Part shown: positions 45,001 to 56,100 of the stretch, piece after piece | How positions within the stretch are numbered: the first letter of the stretch is position 1 | How the letters are laid out: every line of letters starts with the position of its first letter | NCBI GenBank assembly: GCA_946965045.2 | Contig: OX337241.1 | Location: 310,001 to 374,000, forward strand | Length of the DNA: 64,000 nucleotides | Reading direction: 5' to 3' | DNA from: Epithemia pelagica | Taxonomy: Eukaryota > Protista > Bacillariophyta | Program-made: the position numbers and the translations under genes | Notes under the pieces: generated by a model | Told to the model about the DNA's origin: nothing | Seen by the model: only the letters and a program-made list of their open reading frames with translations | The model's database searches: none

Positions 45001-45554
45001 ATCCCCGAGGAGGATGACCATGACGACGACAAGCTTCGTTTGTTTCTCTTCTCGTTGGGGACGAACCACGAGCTGCTCGTCGATGGAGAAGAAGAAGAAG
45101 AAGGAGAAGCACGCGTGGTGGTGGTCGGTGCTCGTGGTGTGGGACCCGCATTCGGAGGAGGAGTGGTGCGGCTGGTGCCAGAAATTGGGGGAGACGAGGA
45201 GGATCGCGTAGTAGTAGTAGTAGGAGGAGGAGTCATCGTCACAACCGAGTTGGTGGTGGTCGTGGACGACGACGACGACAAGAAGATCCATGCTGGAAGT
45301 CGTTGTTGCAGTGTGGAGGGTGGTGGTCCGGCCGTTGGTGGTGGTAAAGGAACAAAAGTCCGGGGCCGTTCGGCTGCGGAAGGATGATGATGATGATGGA
45401 AGGACAACTCGGGTCGTACACCACCACCACCACCATTGCTCCTCACCGACTCGTAATGTTGTTGTAGTTGTTGCTGGGTCAAATCATGGTGTGTTGTTGT
45501 TGTTGCTGTTGTTCCTGAATCTGTTTCCAGCGTCCACAACGACGCCATGGTCAT
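41991..45554 (-). CDS. Ankyrin-repeat-like protein with long low-complexity N-terminus
   Basis: 1187 aa; GCNTLHIAL, QGDLPLHVAC, AGQTALELV, DAYGQLPLHHAV, DGQGRLPLHCLL, DPVTGLVP...FMLLRANP. Confidence 0.8.
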   Translation of the reverse strand: MTMASLWTLETDSGTTATTTTHHDLTQQQLQQHYESVRSNGGGGGVRPELSFHHHHHPSAAERPRTFVPLPPPTAGPPPSTLQQRLPAWIFLSSSSSTTTTNSVVTMTPPPTTTTTRSSSSPPISGTSRTTPPPNAGPTPRAPTTTTRASPSSSSSPSTSSSWFVPNEKRNKRSLSSSWSSSSGIHARPPVRRRILPTTRTRTTTTTTRQLSQPNPLLLNLAQARDDDNVTMQDLNVLPPPSPQTVSHSFRSSSSSSSSSSSSSSSSSSSSSSSSSSSSSSSSSSSSSSSSSSSSSSSSSGSPRHNPPHHYHHPVSEYYHSPLPPARPDITPFRKKQQHRHTQSPPPYQASSGVIIITPDKKPPPAPTSRRKSTPSTSRQDSGTSRRIFANRLEDSKTITVEAMVARGWTVLQEQVLWFHPFSSPYQHEGALSSTIRLSILSDLLQQLQQTQQYAHPRPQRSNSSRKRGMHLHNHYDGEGSFSECSTNQNDPKDDDHHTPCMDRPWIRFLSRMDPAMFSSCVEEEEEEDTMTRTLLQENRQSISSSLVDRLLWECIQTLHHLEAVTTTNNCSWWDTAVTTGCNTLHIALRRLGGASAIGASRRGNGSNHGKQKTTSTTHSNNKHDKNSLSGGMMEPLSAPLRFLKSMLQAPFGMQQQSLYRQANYQGDLPLHVACCLPALPLSLFQIVVEQTLLAFSFEEDNHSSGFFGTHGSPPPLSLRSTLPTGLVVLGGSNLAGQTALELVCHSYVERTNGYCRQYHSPPFSNAYVPTSTIPTTTTGGGDGPSGLYPLFPPPWGGTRTTTTTRPGGSLSGESELSPTTRRLRAEAQRFFAFEQETGEGMNQNNNNDRESMAIEDTDESLSSSSLFPSSLFSSTKMSLSESLWCQAVQKMQESNDHSYHMECQVFPRMVLLLNATRLWHERTHQTTTRTPQALLSTTLNDTSTILHTVSQLCTPTWIHQSLCFGSDNDQRNASTTRNNPTNDSTSTTLPWFLMDYLLWKFPEQVRLRDAYGQLPLHHAVTILASISPPPLDRGARDGYATTTTTARMEPNNEIWVQWIQTLLRLYPDASRVRDGQGRLPLHCLLDSLPSFHPGPDDEAFTLQTNDGDDQQQECVALWVVIHRLVQSFPESLELADPVTGLVPCLQIAQSSKNNNTTSMTFMLLRANPMALLGRTNTTPTWLSNTT
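44656..44802. repeat. Uninterrupted (GAA)~49 microsatellite encoding poly-Ser on the - strand
   Basis: 147 bp of pure GAA inside the 41991-45554 ORF. Confidence 0.97.
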
Positions 45555-46203
45555 GATGTGAACACGGAACAGAGAATTTGGTGGGCACTACTCCTCTCCA
45601 AAGTCGTTCCAAGCCTCTCTATCCTAACAACGGCAACCGTTCATCCTCTTTTGGAGAGAGAGAGAGAGACCTCTTTTGGATGAATGAGTAGAGTGCGTGC
45701 TCCCTTTTTTTGGCCAGTCTCATCGTTCCGTTGGATGTGGTACGGCCGCCAATCTGCGAGAGAGAGAGCGAAGTGACATGGGACCACACTATGTGAGCTC
45801 GTCACGCTTGCTCGTGCCAGGAGCGCAGGTCGAGCGATTTTCAATCCCAGCCCCTGACAGAGGCTTAAAAGAATTTGCTTAAATGAAGAAAGTGCACTGG
45901 CGCAGGCGCGCACAGAACTCCGAACGAGTTATCGAAGTAGCTCGCATAGCTAGGGATGAAAAGGTCCTCTATTGTAATTCCCTCGCACACATCTCCCTTT
46001 TCTCAGTCTTTACGTTCGATCGGAATCCTAATACTCACTCTCTATTACCATGTGCTGGACCATGGGGTTGGCGAAACCTTGTTTGGTGGGATCCATATTC
46101 TTTTACACTCTCTTCTCCACCACCCGCAGACAATCGCGCATGGAACTGGACGATTCGGCATTTGCTCCCAAAAGCAGGCGAGTCGTCTCAACACCCACGA
46201 CGA

Positions 46204-46239
<36 letters not shown>

Positions 46240-47088
46240 TGACACACTGTGGTGACAATCAATGATGGGCATGGAACACTACACACTGCGGATTCTGGAA
46301 TTTGCACAGCGCCTTTCCGAATCTCATTGGAGGAGGACTGTGGCCTTGATTGCTGGTTGTCTGTATCGTACACGGAGGAGAGACGAATAACGAGGTAGGT
46401 AGGCAGTCCTATATACTTTGTGGGCCGGTGTGTAAACTTTATAGAATCGACTTGGAGGATCTTTGTTCCCTCTCTAGAGGAGAGTACATAGTACATCTAG
46501 TAGTATGAAGCATGGAGCCTAATCATTCGACTCCCACCACCATGACCTGACGATTCGACAACAACCACACATGATGAATGATGACCAGGGTTTCGAGTTT
46601 CGAATACACATTCTTGACGTAATGTACTGATTCAAGACACGGATCTTCCACACTCTCGCAAGGCAACCAACCATAGCGAGTGGGAATCATGACATCCTCT
46701 GATGAGAATTGACGTAAGATCCAAGATCTTGTGGGTTTCTGAAGTTGGATGGTAAGAATGATGCAGAGTTCTTCCACGCGTATGACATATCACGCCTAAG
46801 CGATACATAGAAGAATATAAAACATAACGTTTTATTGTTTAGCTTTTTGGGACGCTCAAGAGTAGAATTTCGAAGAAGGGTGTGACAGAGGATCGAACGA
46901 TTTTGCCCAATGAAACAAAACAAGATGGATGACAGGCTCTGACGCAAAGTTGCGTCCCCGTTGTGGTTTCTGATGGTTCCGAACCGAGAGATCCAATGGG
47001 ACGAACGAGAAGGTACGCCATGATGACCGAGAGCGACAAAGAACACAACCAACAAAACCAATATAGTGACAACCGTCGAATGAAACCC

Positions 47089-47120
<32 letters not shown>

Positions 47121-47251
47121 ACCAATAATACCAAACACACAAGCTTGATCATTGCAACAACAACAACAACAAGAACCCATAAAGACAGTAGGAAACAAAG
47201 TAAACGAAACCGATCGCCGCAACAACAAACGCACACACTCTGTCTACGATC

Positions 47252-48830
47252 ATGAACAATCCATTCTTGGCAACCTATCTGCACTATTCGCCCCTGACGG
47301 CAATGCCCGCCCTGCATCCCACCATGTTCCAAACTACTACTACCAACAACAACAACAACAATCACCAAGAGTGGATGCCGGGCAACCACCAAGGACGACA
47401 AGAACAACCACAAGTGGTACAACCACAACAACAACAGCAACAACCACAACAAGAGGAAATGACCACAAACAACAATTTTGTGAACCCACCTCTGTACAAT
47501 CCAGAAGAACAAGAAGGAGTAGAGGAAGAAGAAGCGTTGGACGACCATGAGGAGGAGGAGATTCCACAAGAAGAAGACGAACGACACAATGAGAACGAGG
47601 AGTTGCACCAAGAAGCAATTGGTCGTCGAATCGTTCCCATTCCCACACTCTCGAGTACCAGCAGTGTTTCGAGCAACGTGGAGGAACAAGAAGAAGAAGA
47701 AGCCGATGAGAGTGGATACAATACCGAATCGTCTCCCAACAATACTAGTGGTCAAGCCGGCTGGTCCGACAGCAGTAGTCCCAGTACCATTACCAGTGCC
47801 TCCTCTGGTGATGTGGAGTTGGAGGATATTACAGATTTGGGAGAACGCATTGAATTCCTCAAGGCCAAACAAATCATTCTCCAACAAGCCTATCACGTTC
47901 TGTGCCCAAACGAACAAGATTTGTTGGTGGTGGCCAAAGCTACCAAACAAAGTAGTCGACAAACCAACAACCACAAGAAGCGTAAACGACAGGATGCTGC
48001 TGATCTCGCATCCTCTTCCACAACGCCACCTCCTCCTACGGAAAAGCCTCTTCTTCCGGCGATTCCAAGTACCTCCTCCGTTTCATCGTCGTCGGGCCGA
48101 ACGGCTCTTGAACCTCAAGACACCAAGAATGACACCGAACAGCAACACTGGAACAGTTCTTGTCGTCGCAATCCAAGAACACGCACACCATCGAGTAGTG
48201 ACGCGGAGGAGGACAGTGAAGACGATGATTCCAGCATTCCGGGTGTCCCTCCGGCCAATAGTATTTGGGCCGAGGCCGTTCAAGTCTTGGAAACATTGAA
48301 TTCGTCGCAGTATGGAATTGGTGCTCCCAGCAGTGCACGAGGTCGCAAAAAGAATACCGCCACCACCGCCAAGACGTTATCCACACATCAAGCCACACCC
48401 AAATGGAAACATCAACAAACTGCCTCCCATCGATTCTCCAAGACGGATCCTCACAAGAATCCCAAGGATCCCAGTATTCGGTTGGCCGGAGTCAAACGGG
48501 TGGCATCGGTAGCCTTTGATGGTGGTGGTCATCCACACGACTGGATGGATCCCATGGCTGCGGTGGCAGTCTCGTCGACGACAACGTCCCCCACGAATGG
48601 AGATTCGGCGTCATCCTCCTCCTCGTCCACTTTATCGTCTCTCACAAACCAGCACCCATCATTGCCACCGCGACCGCTTTCTCCAAGATCCTTTGAATTT
48701 TCTCTGAGAAATAATCATTCTTCCTCTTCGTCGTCGTCGTCCTTACGACTGGCATGGAGACGAGATCATCCCCATTGGATGGCCCAAGCCTTGATTCAAT
48801 GTGCACAAGGGTCTCCTACGGAACAGCAGC

Positions 48831-48870
<40 letters not shown>

Positions 48871-49945
48871 GGGACCCACGAAGCAGTCCAACAGGCCATG
48901 CTCCTCCAGTACCAGTTGTGATTGGAGAGTCATGTCTTGCCCTCGATCTAGTGATCCTTTGTCCGATGCCACTGGCATGATGCAAGTGCTGGTCCCACCT
49001 TGCACGCCTCCGCCCGGACTGGTGGGCCGCAGTCCTCCCAGTACGGGCAGTACCATTGATATCAATGAAGCTACCAGTCCTCAAACGACCATGCCACGAT
49101 TGGTCACACAAGCCACACCACCCTTTTTGGTTGTGTATGCCAATCGTGCCTTTTTGCAACTGGTAGAACAGACACATGCATCATCATCGTCATCATCCCG
49201 CACATGTTCCACAACAACCACGACGACCAGTACCAACGTGGTGGTGTCATCCTTGCCGCCACCGCCGCAAGTCCCTCAAGCTCCCACCATTTTGGGACGA
49301 CCGGTCGAATCCTTGATTCAAGTGATTCGTGGTCTTCCCAAAGAAGAAAAAGAAGAACACCAAGACGAGTCGGATCCACAGGGACGACGACACGACCAAG
49401 AGGAAGGCCATTCGCCGCAAGACATTATGGAATCGGCAGGCTGGATTCGACACGATTCCTGTCCCAACACCTCAAGTTCGACCAGGTTGGATGCGGTCTT
49501 GACCCTGTCGGGAGTGCATTGTCAAGCCCAGGTCGTACCTGTAATTGATCGGTCCTCCTGCCAATCCTCCACACGTCGTTCGTTTTCTGCATGGACCATG
49601 TCTCATGTCATGGTTCAATTGGAACCCTATCCCCAAGACGTGACTACTACCATGACAGCCACAACAACAACAACAAGACAAAGCTCTCTGATGCGTCCGA
49701 CACCTCTTCGCATCCGCTTGTCATCATCGGCATCCACGACAATGACCGGACCATCATCCATGGACTCCCCCAAATCTCCTACTACGAATCTCCCAGTACG
49801 ATACCACCACCACCAACAACAACAACAAGACACGGATGGTACCACAAGTGCTGCCAGTAGTGCTGGTAGTAGTAGTAGTACGATTGGCGGTGTTGAGGAG
49901 GATGGAAATGGCAGTCCACAACACAATGTCTTGTTGGTGGGATAG
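47252..49945 (+). CDS. Low-complexity protein with degenerate PAS-like segment
   Basis: 897-aa ORF; PPFLVVYANRAFLQLV...ILGRPVESLIQV resembles a PAS-fold start. Confidence 0.6.
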
Positions 49946-50787
49946 CAATACCGTCATCCTCACAGATATATGTATATGGACGGACCGCACAGAACCAACC
50001 AGCAAAACATGGGAGATTTATACCAGTATCCAGAACAACCCATCCTCCAGTGTAACGGAGGATGATGCTTGTGCTGTTTCTCAATGGTGCAACTTTCTTT
50101 CTATAATACATATATATAAATATTCCTATCCATTACGACAATTCTCGTTTTCCAATCATGGATCGCTTGTTTCTCGGTACAAGATCGGCACAGTATGAGG
50201 GTTCATAATAGGAAGAGCTCTCCGTGTTCGTATATTACCTACACATTCTGGACCTGGGGATTCCAGACAAAGAGCTGCTTGTTTGTATTAGTTTCTATGT
50301 ACACATTCTTGACGTGACCAGAGTTTGGACGCCCATCCCAAACATCCAATGAAAGGAGCAATCCGATACTACTAGGAGTATCTATTTTAGTCGTACGAGA
50401 TCGCATTCCTGACTCGTAGCAGATTGCACAGCCATAGCACAGTCTTGCGTGGATGGAACGCGACTGGGACGCAGAACTCTCGAGCGAATTAGGACATTGA
50501 ATGAGACGATTGACGCGAAACACCACATGATGCCGAGCGCTCGGGCGACCACGCACGTAGCGGAACGCGGAAGCAACACAGCAAACACGTCGATATCGGC
50601 CTTTTCTCTTCTTCCTCTTCTTGCTTGTCATCTATTAGATGTACAAACCTTTTTGCTTGGTCCACAGTCCACACACAACAAATCTTTGGTGCATGCCAAG
50701 AGGAACTTTTCTGCTGGAAGGTTCGTGTTGGGTGTATTCCACACAGTGATATAAGAGAGATTACAGCACACACTGTCCCAAAGAACC

Positions 50788-51900
50788 ATGCTGTGGACGT
50801 CCATCCTGCTGCAACTCGTGTTGCCCGCCATGGGTTTCCTGTCCCAACCACCACAGGCGTGCCGTCGCAGCACGGGTCTATTGATGTCGTTACCCAACCG
50901 ACACGATGCTCCTCATCCCGACAACCACAACCACAACCACAACGACGCAACGTTGTCCACACAACAACAACCAGGTCGGATACAACAATCTCATGACGGC
51001 GTCACGAAAAATCGTCGTCAGATGGTTTGGATGGTTCCTGCCGCTGCCGCTGCCTCTCTTTTGGGACTCGCTCCCTCCACCTTGGCCGCGGACGAACCAT
51101 CGTCCTCCTTTGCCGAAATTGCGGCGCGCGCCAATCAAATTACGCAAGAATTGGATCAACAAGCGCTCAGTCAAGCGGCCACAATTCGCGAAACGACCCA
51201 AACGGCCTACGACTTTACCTTGCCCGTCAATGGGGAAGCCGTCAAATTTGCCGATTTGATTCATCAAGAATTTTACTCCGACGGCAATGTCCGCGTCAAG
51301 GCCATTGTCGTGGTCAATTTCAAACAAGACGACCCCGTCGCTCGCAAAACCATTCCCGAACTCATGGCCGTGGCGGCCAAGTACAGCAGTGGCAACACCA
51401 ACAACAACAAGAACAAGGATGCACCGACCAGTGCCGTGGCAGTCGTGGTCTCTCCCACCGATCAAGGCTATTACGAACCCGACACATCGGCCTTGATTCG
51501 ATTGAAATTGGCGTCGGAATATGGCTATGGAATCAATCCGGCCACGGTCGTGACCGACAAGGTGAATTTGTTGGGCACGGGCGCCCATCCCTTTTGGCGC
51601 TGGTTGCAAAGCACCAGTCGCATTCCCACGTCCGGTGTGGGCCGCATTCAAGGCAATTTTGAAAAATGGATCTTGGATGGCCGCACCGGATTGCCGCTGC
51701 GACGGTATCCCCGTCGCTATCAACCCCTCGACATGGAAGCCGACGTTCAAGCCGTCGTGCAAACGCAAGGTCAAACCTTGACACCCAATCAATTGCCACC
51801 CGCCAAGGCGAATTACTTGGAAAGTTGGAGAGCGGCCGTCCTCGAAGCCGAACGAGATACCTATCGCTTTGAAAAGGGATTAAATGTCTTTGATCAATAA
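50788..51900 (+). CDS. Glutathione-peroxidase-fold protein lacking catalytic Cys, predicted thylakoid-lumen targeting
   Basis: Signal peptide ending AMG-FLS, twin-Arg NRRQ plus hydrophobic segment ending TLA; YDFTL, IVVVN, AHPFWRWL, IQGNFEKWILD, PLRRY. Confidence 0.82.
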   Translation: MLWTSILLQLVLPAMGFLSQPPQACRRSTGLLMSLPNRHDAPHPDNHNHNHNDATLSTQQQPGRIQQSHDGVTKNRRQMVWMVPAAAAASLLGLAPSTLAADEPSSSFAEIAARANQITQELDQQALSQAATIRETTQTAYDFTLPVNGEAVKFADLIHQEFYSDGNVRVKAIVVVNFKQDDPVARKTIPELMAVAAKYSSGNTNNNKNKDAPTSAVAVVVSPTDQGYYEPDTSALIRLKLASEYGYGINPATVVTDKVNLLGTGAHPFWRWLQSTSRIPTSGVGRIQGNFEKWILDGRTGLPLRRYPRRYQPLDMEADVQAVVQTQGQTLTPNQLPPAKANYLESWRAAVLEAERDTYRFEKGLNVFDQ

Positions 51901-52284
51901 TAAAACGAAAAACCTTCTTGACAAAATGAAGGAGAAGGAGTGGGAGTGGAATAATTGGAACACTATAAAGAATGATTGAATTCTACGAATAATCTAGCAA
52001 CTAAATTGCTTAAACTCTGTCGTATTTTATCGCTCCGATTGTAGTATAGGTAGTTCTTTGGAAAAACCGGGTTAGCCTGTAACGCTGTGTTATTGTCACA
52101 TCATAACAGAGCGTCAATGAGACTGGAAGTCGTCTCTCCGGCATTCCTCGCGTCTGGTCCAGCTTTATTGATCGTAGAAAGATGGACCAATGACACAAGA
52201 ACTACAATTGAAAACAACCAACTTACCGTTGCTCACGTCACAGACAAAACGGAGGAGGAACGACTTGATCCCTTTAACTTGAAT

Positions 52285-52893
52285 TTACTGGATCAATGCG
52301 GATCCCACAGGAATTGGATCGCATAGTCCACTGGCAACACGCGGACGAGGAAGCCAAATACTCACCAAAGGTTGAGTGATCGGCGCGCCATGGCCAATGA
52401 CAGCCGCAAACCATGGATGGAAAATCATATGCGCAAGACGAACACCCATTAAAACGAACTGTTGTTGCGAACAGGCCAACCCTGCCGTGACTCCAAAGAC
52501 CGCAGGAGGAGGGTTCTCCTGTAGGCGGACGAAATCGAGAATCCAAATCTTGAGATTGTCAAGGTCTTGGCCAACGGCAACCATCCCGCCATGGGCAGGA
52601 ATCGCAACGCCCCCATTTATGGAATTTGGAGGCAGCAGGGCGCCCATAGTAGCACCATAAGAAGCAGCCTTACCCCAAAATTCCTGCAAACCAGCGTCAT
52701 TCCATCCAAAAACAAGCGGGGGGTCATCTTCGTTCTTGGCGAGCATCAAAACGTGTTCGACAACCTTCTCGTCGTCGATAAGGGTGCTGAGATACACCTT
52801 CTTGTCTCCAGTTGAAAAGGGAAACTTTCTCGAGTCGCATGGGGAGGAAAATGACATTGTCCAATCTGTCCAATCTGGATTGTCACAAAACAA
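52285..52893 (-). pseudogene. Orphan protein copy 2, 5' end interrupted by copia insertion
   Basis: Paralogue of 40284-40856. Its frame continues in register on the far side of the retrotransposon (59822-59981). Confidence 0.65.
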
Positions 52894-53090
52894 TCACTTT
52901 TTCGTGTCGTAACGAAAGCAAGTTCCAATTCAAACAAAAGACTAAGCTTAGAAACTACGTAGCTTGGATCCGCCTTCCAAGTACAGAGGTAATGGGTAAA
53001 TGACTATGACCGTTGGATTCGCATTCTTCCTCCCCAATGTCCCCAAGGACCGGGACTGATCTTTCCAGTCCCGACCACCCGAATTAAACA
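52894..53090 (-). repeat. 3' LTR (197 bp)
   Basis: Matches 59309-59818 once the MITE and one TSD copy are removed. Confidence 0.93.
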
Positions 53091-53161
53091 GTCCCCGCAA
53101 GTATCAAAAAATGGAAGATAGCATTCTTTGGGACTTGCTGCAACAATCAACGATGGGGCGA

Positions 53162-56100
53162 CTACAAGTCGGCAGCATTCGTAGATGCGATGGTCGGTGG
53201 CCCACTCATGCCGAAAGCGGAAGAATATGTGAACTGGGAGATGAGGACATTGCGACGTTCACGGGGCAAGATCTTCGTAAACAGGTCGGCCAAGTTTGTT
53301 TCGGTATCTTCTTTGCCAACTCGCAAGATCGAGGCAGCCGCAGCCTCTCGGACGGAATGGCAGTTGATGGCATTATGGCGTTTGGAAAGGATCGATGAAG
53401 GGAGACTGGTATTTTTGACCACCCCGCGATTATCACACAGGACATCTGCGGGTGCGACAACGGGCACGCCGAACATTCGAAGCTTGTAGCGAAGCTCGAC
53501 GATCATCTCCTTGGCGATCCGTAACGCAACAAATTTGCTTCCGAAGCTGGAGGTCTCGACGGTGTTCTGTCGTTTCGAATACCAGAGTATCGGTGCGTTC
53601 TGTAAAAAAATGAGTATGCCACTGTGAGATCGACGGGTAACAACATTCCCAGCGTGGTCAGCATCAACGAAGCACGTGATCTTTATCGGGCTTCCTAGCG
53701 GCTCGGGCATGTTGGGTGGCAGCTCTTCAACGACGTCCCCGTAAAATTCCTTCCATTCCGCAATGGGTACTTGTGCGAAGCAACTATCATCGAGTGTCAC
53801 GTCTTTAGCGTCAAACACAATCTTCAACTTCAGATGTTTCTTAACAAAGGCAAAGATATGACACACGGCCTCAAGGTGGCCGGCTCTCGGGTTTGCAAGA
53901 TATTGGGACATCAGCGACACTTCAAGATAGATGTCAAGCCTCCCCAACTCGACCGCCCAACGCAGGATTCCAATCAACTGTTGGTACCTGTTGGTCAACT
54001 CTGGCCCCAACTCTGGGGTTGTGTCCAATTCGGGCTTATAAGAAGCAACAATAGGCACTCTGGCTGTGGTTTTCAAGTGTTGCCCGTCCCCGTCTTTTTC
54101 TAACATGTCCTCCACAATCTTTACAGCGTTTCCCAGGTACTTTTCACTGGTCATGCCCCAAGCCCATCGCCCATCAGGAAGGCTGTGCTTGTATATTTGG
54201 GCGCCGAGATAGACACTTGGTTCCCCAATGCTTCCGGATTTAATCTTATAGTATCCGTCAATCTCGTCCAACACTGGCTTAGGATCGGCACTAACCAGTA
54301 GTATGTCGTCGACATAGACTAGGATTAGCTCATAATATTCCTCGCCGTTTGCCCGTCTAGCCCGCCTTCTTAACACGCAAGGGTCGGCCCTTGTGTCAGC
54401 GAAACCCATCTCGTAGAGGGTATTCATCAACGTAATCCTCCAACTAGCCCCGGATGATTTCAATCCGTATAACGCTCGTGTCATCACACATACCTTTCCC
54501 CTATCCTCGTTCCCTACTTCCGGCCCACCTAGGAACCAGACTTTTTCACGACACGGGGCGTTCAGGTACGCGTTCCCGATGTCACAGGCCATCACCTCAA
54601 GGCCGTTCAGTGCCGCAATCAGGAACGCCATCCTAATTGAATCCCGACTTACCACGCTTGAGTATGTCAAGCTCGTTGGCGCATCAGTCAGATGCCCGCC
54701 CGCTACCAGACGTGCTTTTCTCGTTAGATCAAGCTTGATATCGAAAACCATATGGCACGTGATTTCCGTGTACCCAATGAGTTGTCGCCCGGCGCGTACT
54801 CGATCTATATCTAGGTCTTCTCTCGCTTCCCAGGCTATTTTGACTGCTTTTAGCTCCTTGTCGATAGCTTTCCTCCAGTAATCCGTCCCCGTCTGTTCGT
54901 CGATACCCAAGGCTTCTTCGACCGAATGCGATAACCGGATTCCGAACTTGCTCGTTGTCTTCCAATATTTCTTTTTCACCTTATTTATCATCCGCTGCAT
55001 GTGGTTTCGTGTCTGTGACACCCACCAATGGAATGCCGGTTCTGTTTCTATCTGTTGGGCCACAGCGTATTCGGCTAAATCGATAGGATATCCATCCTTG
55101 ACATCTTTCAATGGCATCCACACTTGGGATCCGTCTACCAGTTTGACTGCGATCTCCCAACCTTTGGTTGTTCGCTTCGGATGGCGATTCCCATTCAATC
55201 CAACATGGAACCCATCCTCCTTTGGGACAGCGTCCCCGTTTTTTCGATGCCCTACAATTTCTTTCACCAGCAAGAAGTCGTTCCCGCCGTCATCCACCTT
55301 GGCATACAGGTTTGCCGCGACGATATTCGCCGTATACTCATGGATAAGACCCCCAGGAAACTTCACTTCGTAAGTGCGGGAATCAAATAAGGGGTTTTTG
55401 TGTTTCTTGCCAATAGGCTTCCCGTCTAACCCTTTCTGTCGTTTTGTGACCGTACCCACCATGTTCTCGCCTCCGATGTCCATTCGGATCTGGGCACCGA
55501 CATACTCGTCGTATTGGCTGCCCATATCGTCGGCGTCAGGTGTCTGTTCTTCTATCATCTGTCCGTAGTCCTCGTCGGACGGGACCAATCTGCGTCGTCG
55601 CCACTCTTCCTCGTCGTCTTCGACGTCTTCCAGGTACCCGGGTCGGCCATCGCCGTCGTCTTTGAAGTTGGTGTCATCCAATCGTTCTGCGACAATCAAC
55701 CGAAAATTCCGAGTTTTTTCGCAAACATCTTCTTTCTCCTGGTCCTCTTTTGTCACATGCTGCACCGTCGTCCGTGCAATCACTTTCCCAGACTTGGTTA
55801 GCACCCAGTAACACAAGTCACTACCGATGCGATGGGCAATGCCAAGCCAATACCCCAGATGATATTGCTCGTCGGCGGTGTCGGTCTTTTGGTTGGTATG
55901 ATACCAAACCAAGTCAAAGAATTGGAAGTCAATCCACTCCGATATATCAGGCGTCTCCCCAGTGAGTCGTTCAATTCCGGTACGACCGTCCTGTCCCCGG
56001 GCGACTCGACTGAGGAGACCCGCCTCATATACTAACCCGTAGTCCCACAATCGATTTGGGACACGTCTTTCATTCATCCTTCGCCTCCAGCGCTGCTTGA

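Noticed and set aside
43961-45387. Long ORFs with poly-Leu, poly-Arg, poly-Phe and poly-Glu
   Set aside because: They are alternative frames of the (GAA)n tract within the ankyrin gene.
45641-47150. Short ORFs with (GAC)n and (CAA)n between divergent genes
   Set aside because: Microsatellite-driven, no motifs; treated as intergenic.
50239-50631. CAICYE as a RING finger gene
   Set aside because: The remaining Cys/His ligands are absent; probably intergenic.
52905-53090. Canonical TG...CA LTR boundary
   Set aside because: It gives no TSD (TTTCG vs ACAAC) and ignores 11 more bases of LTR identity.
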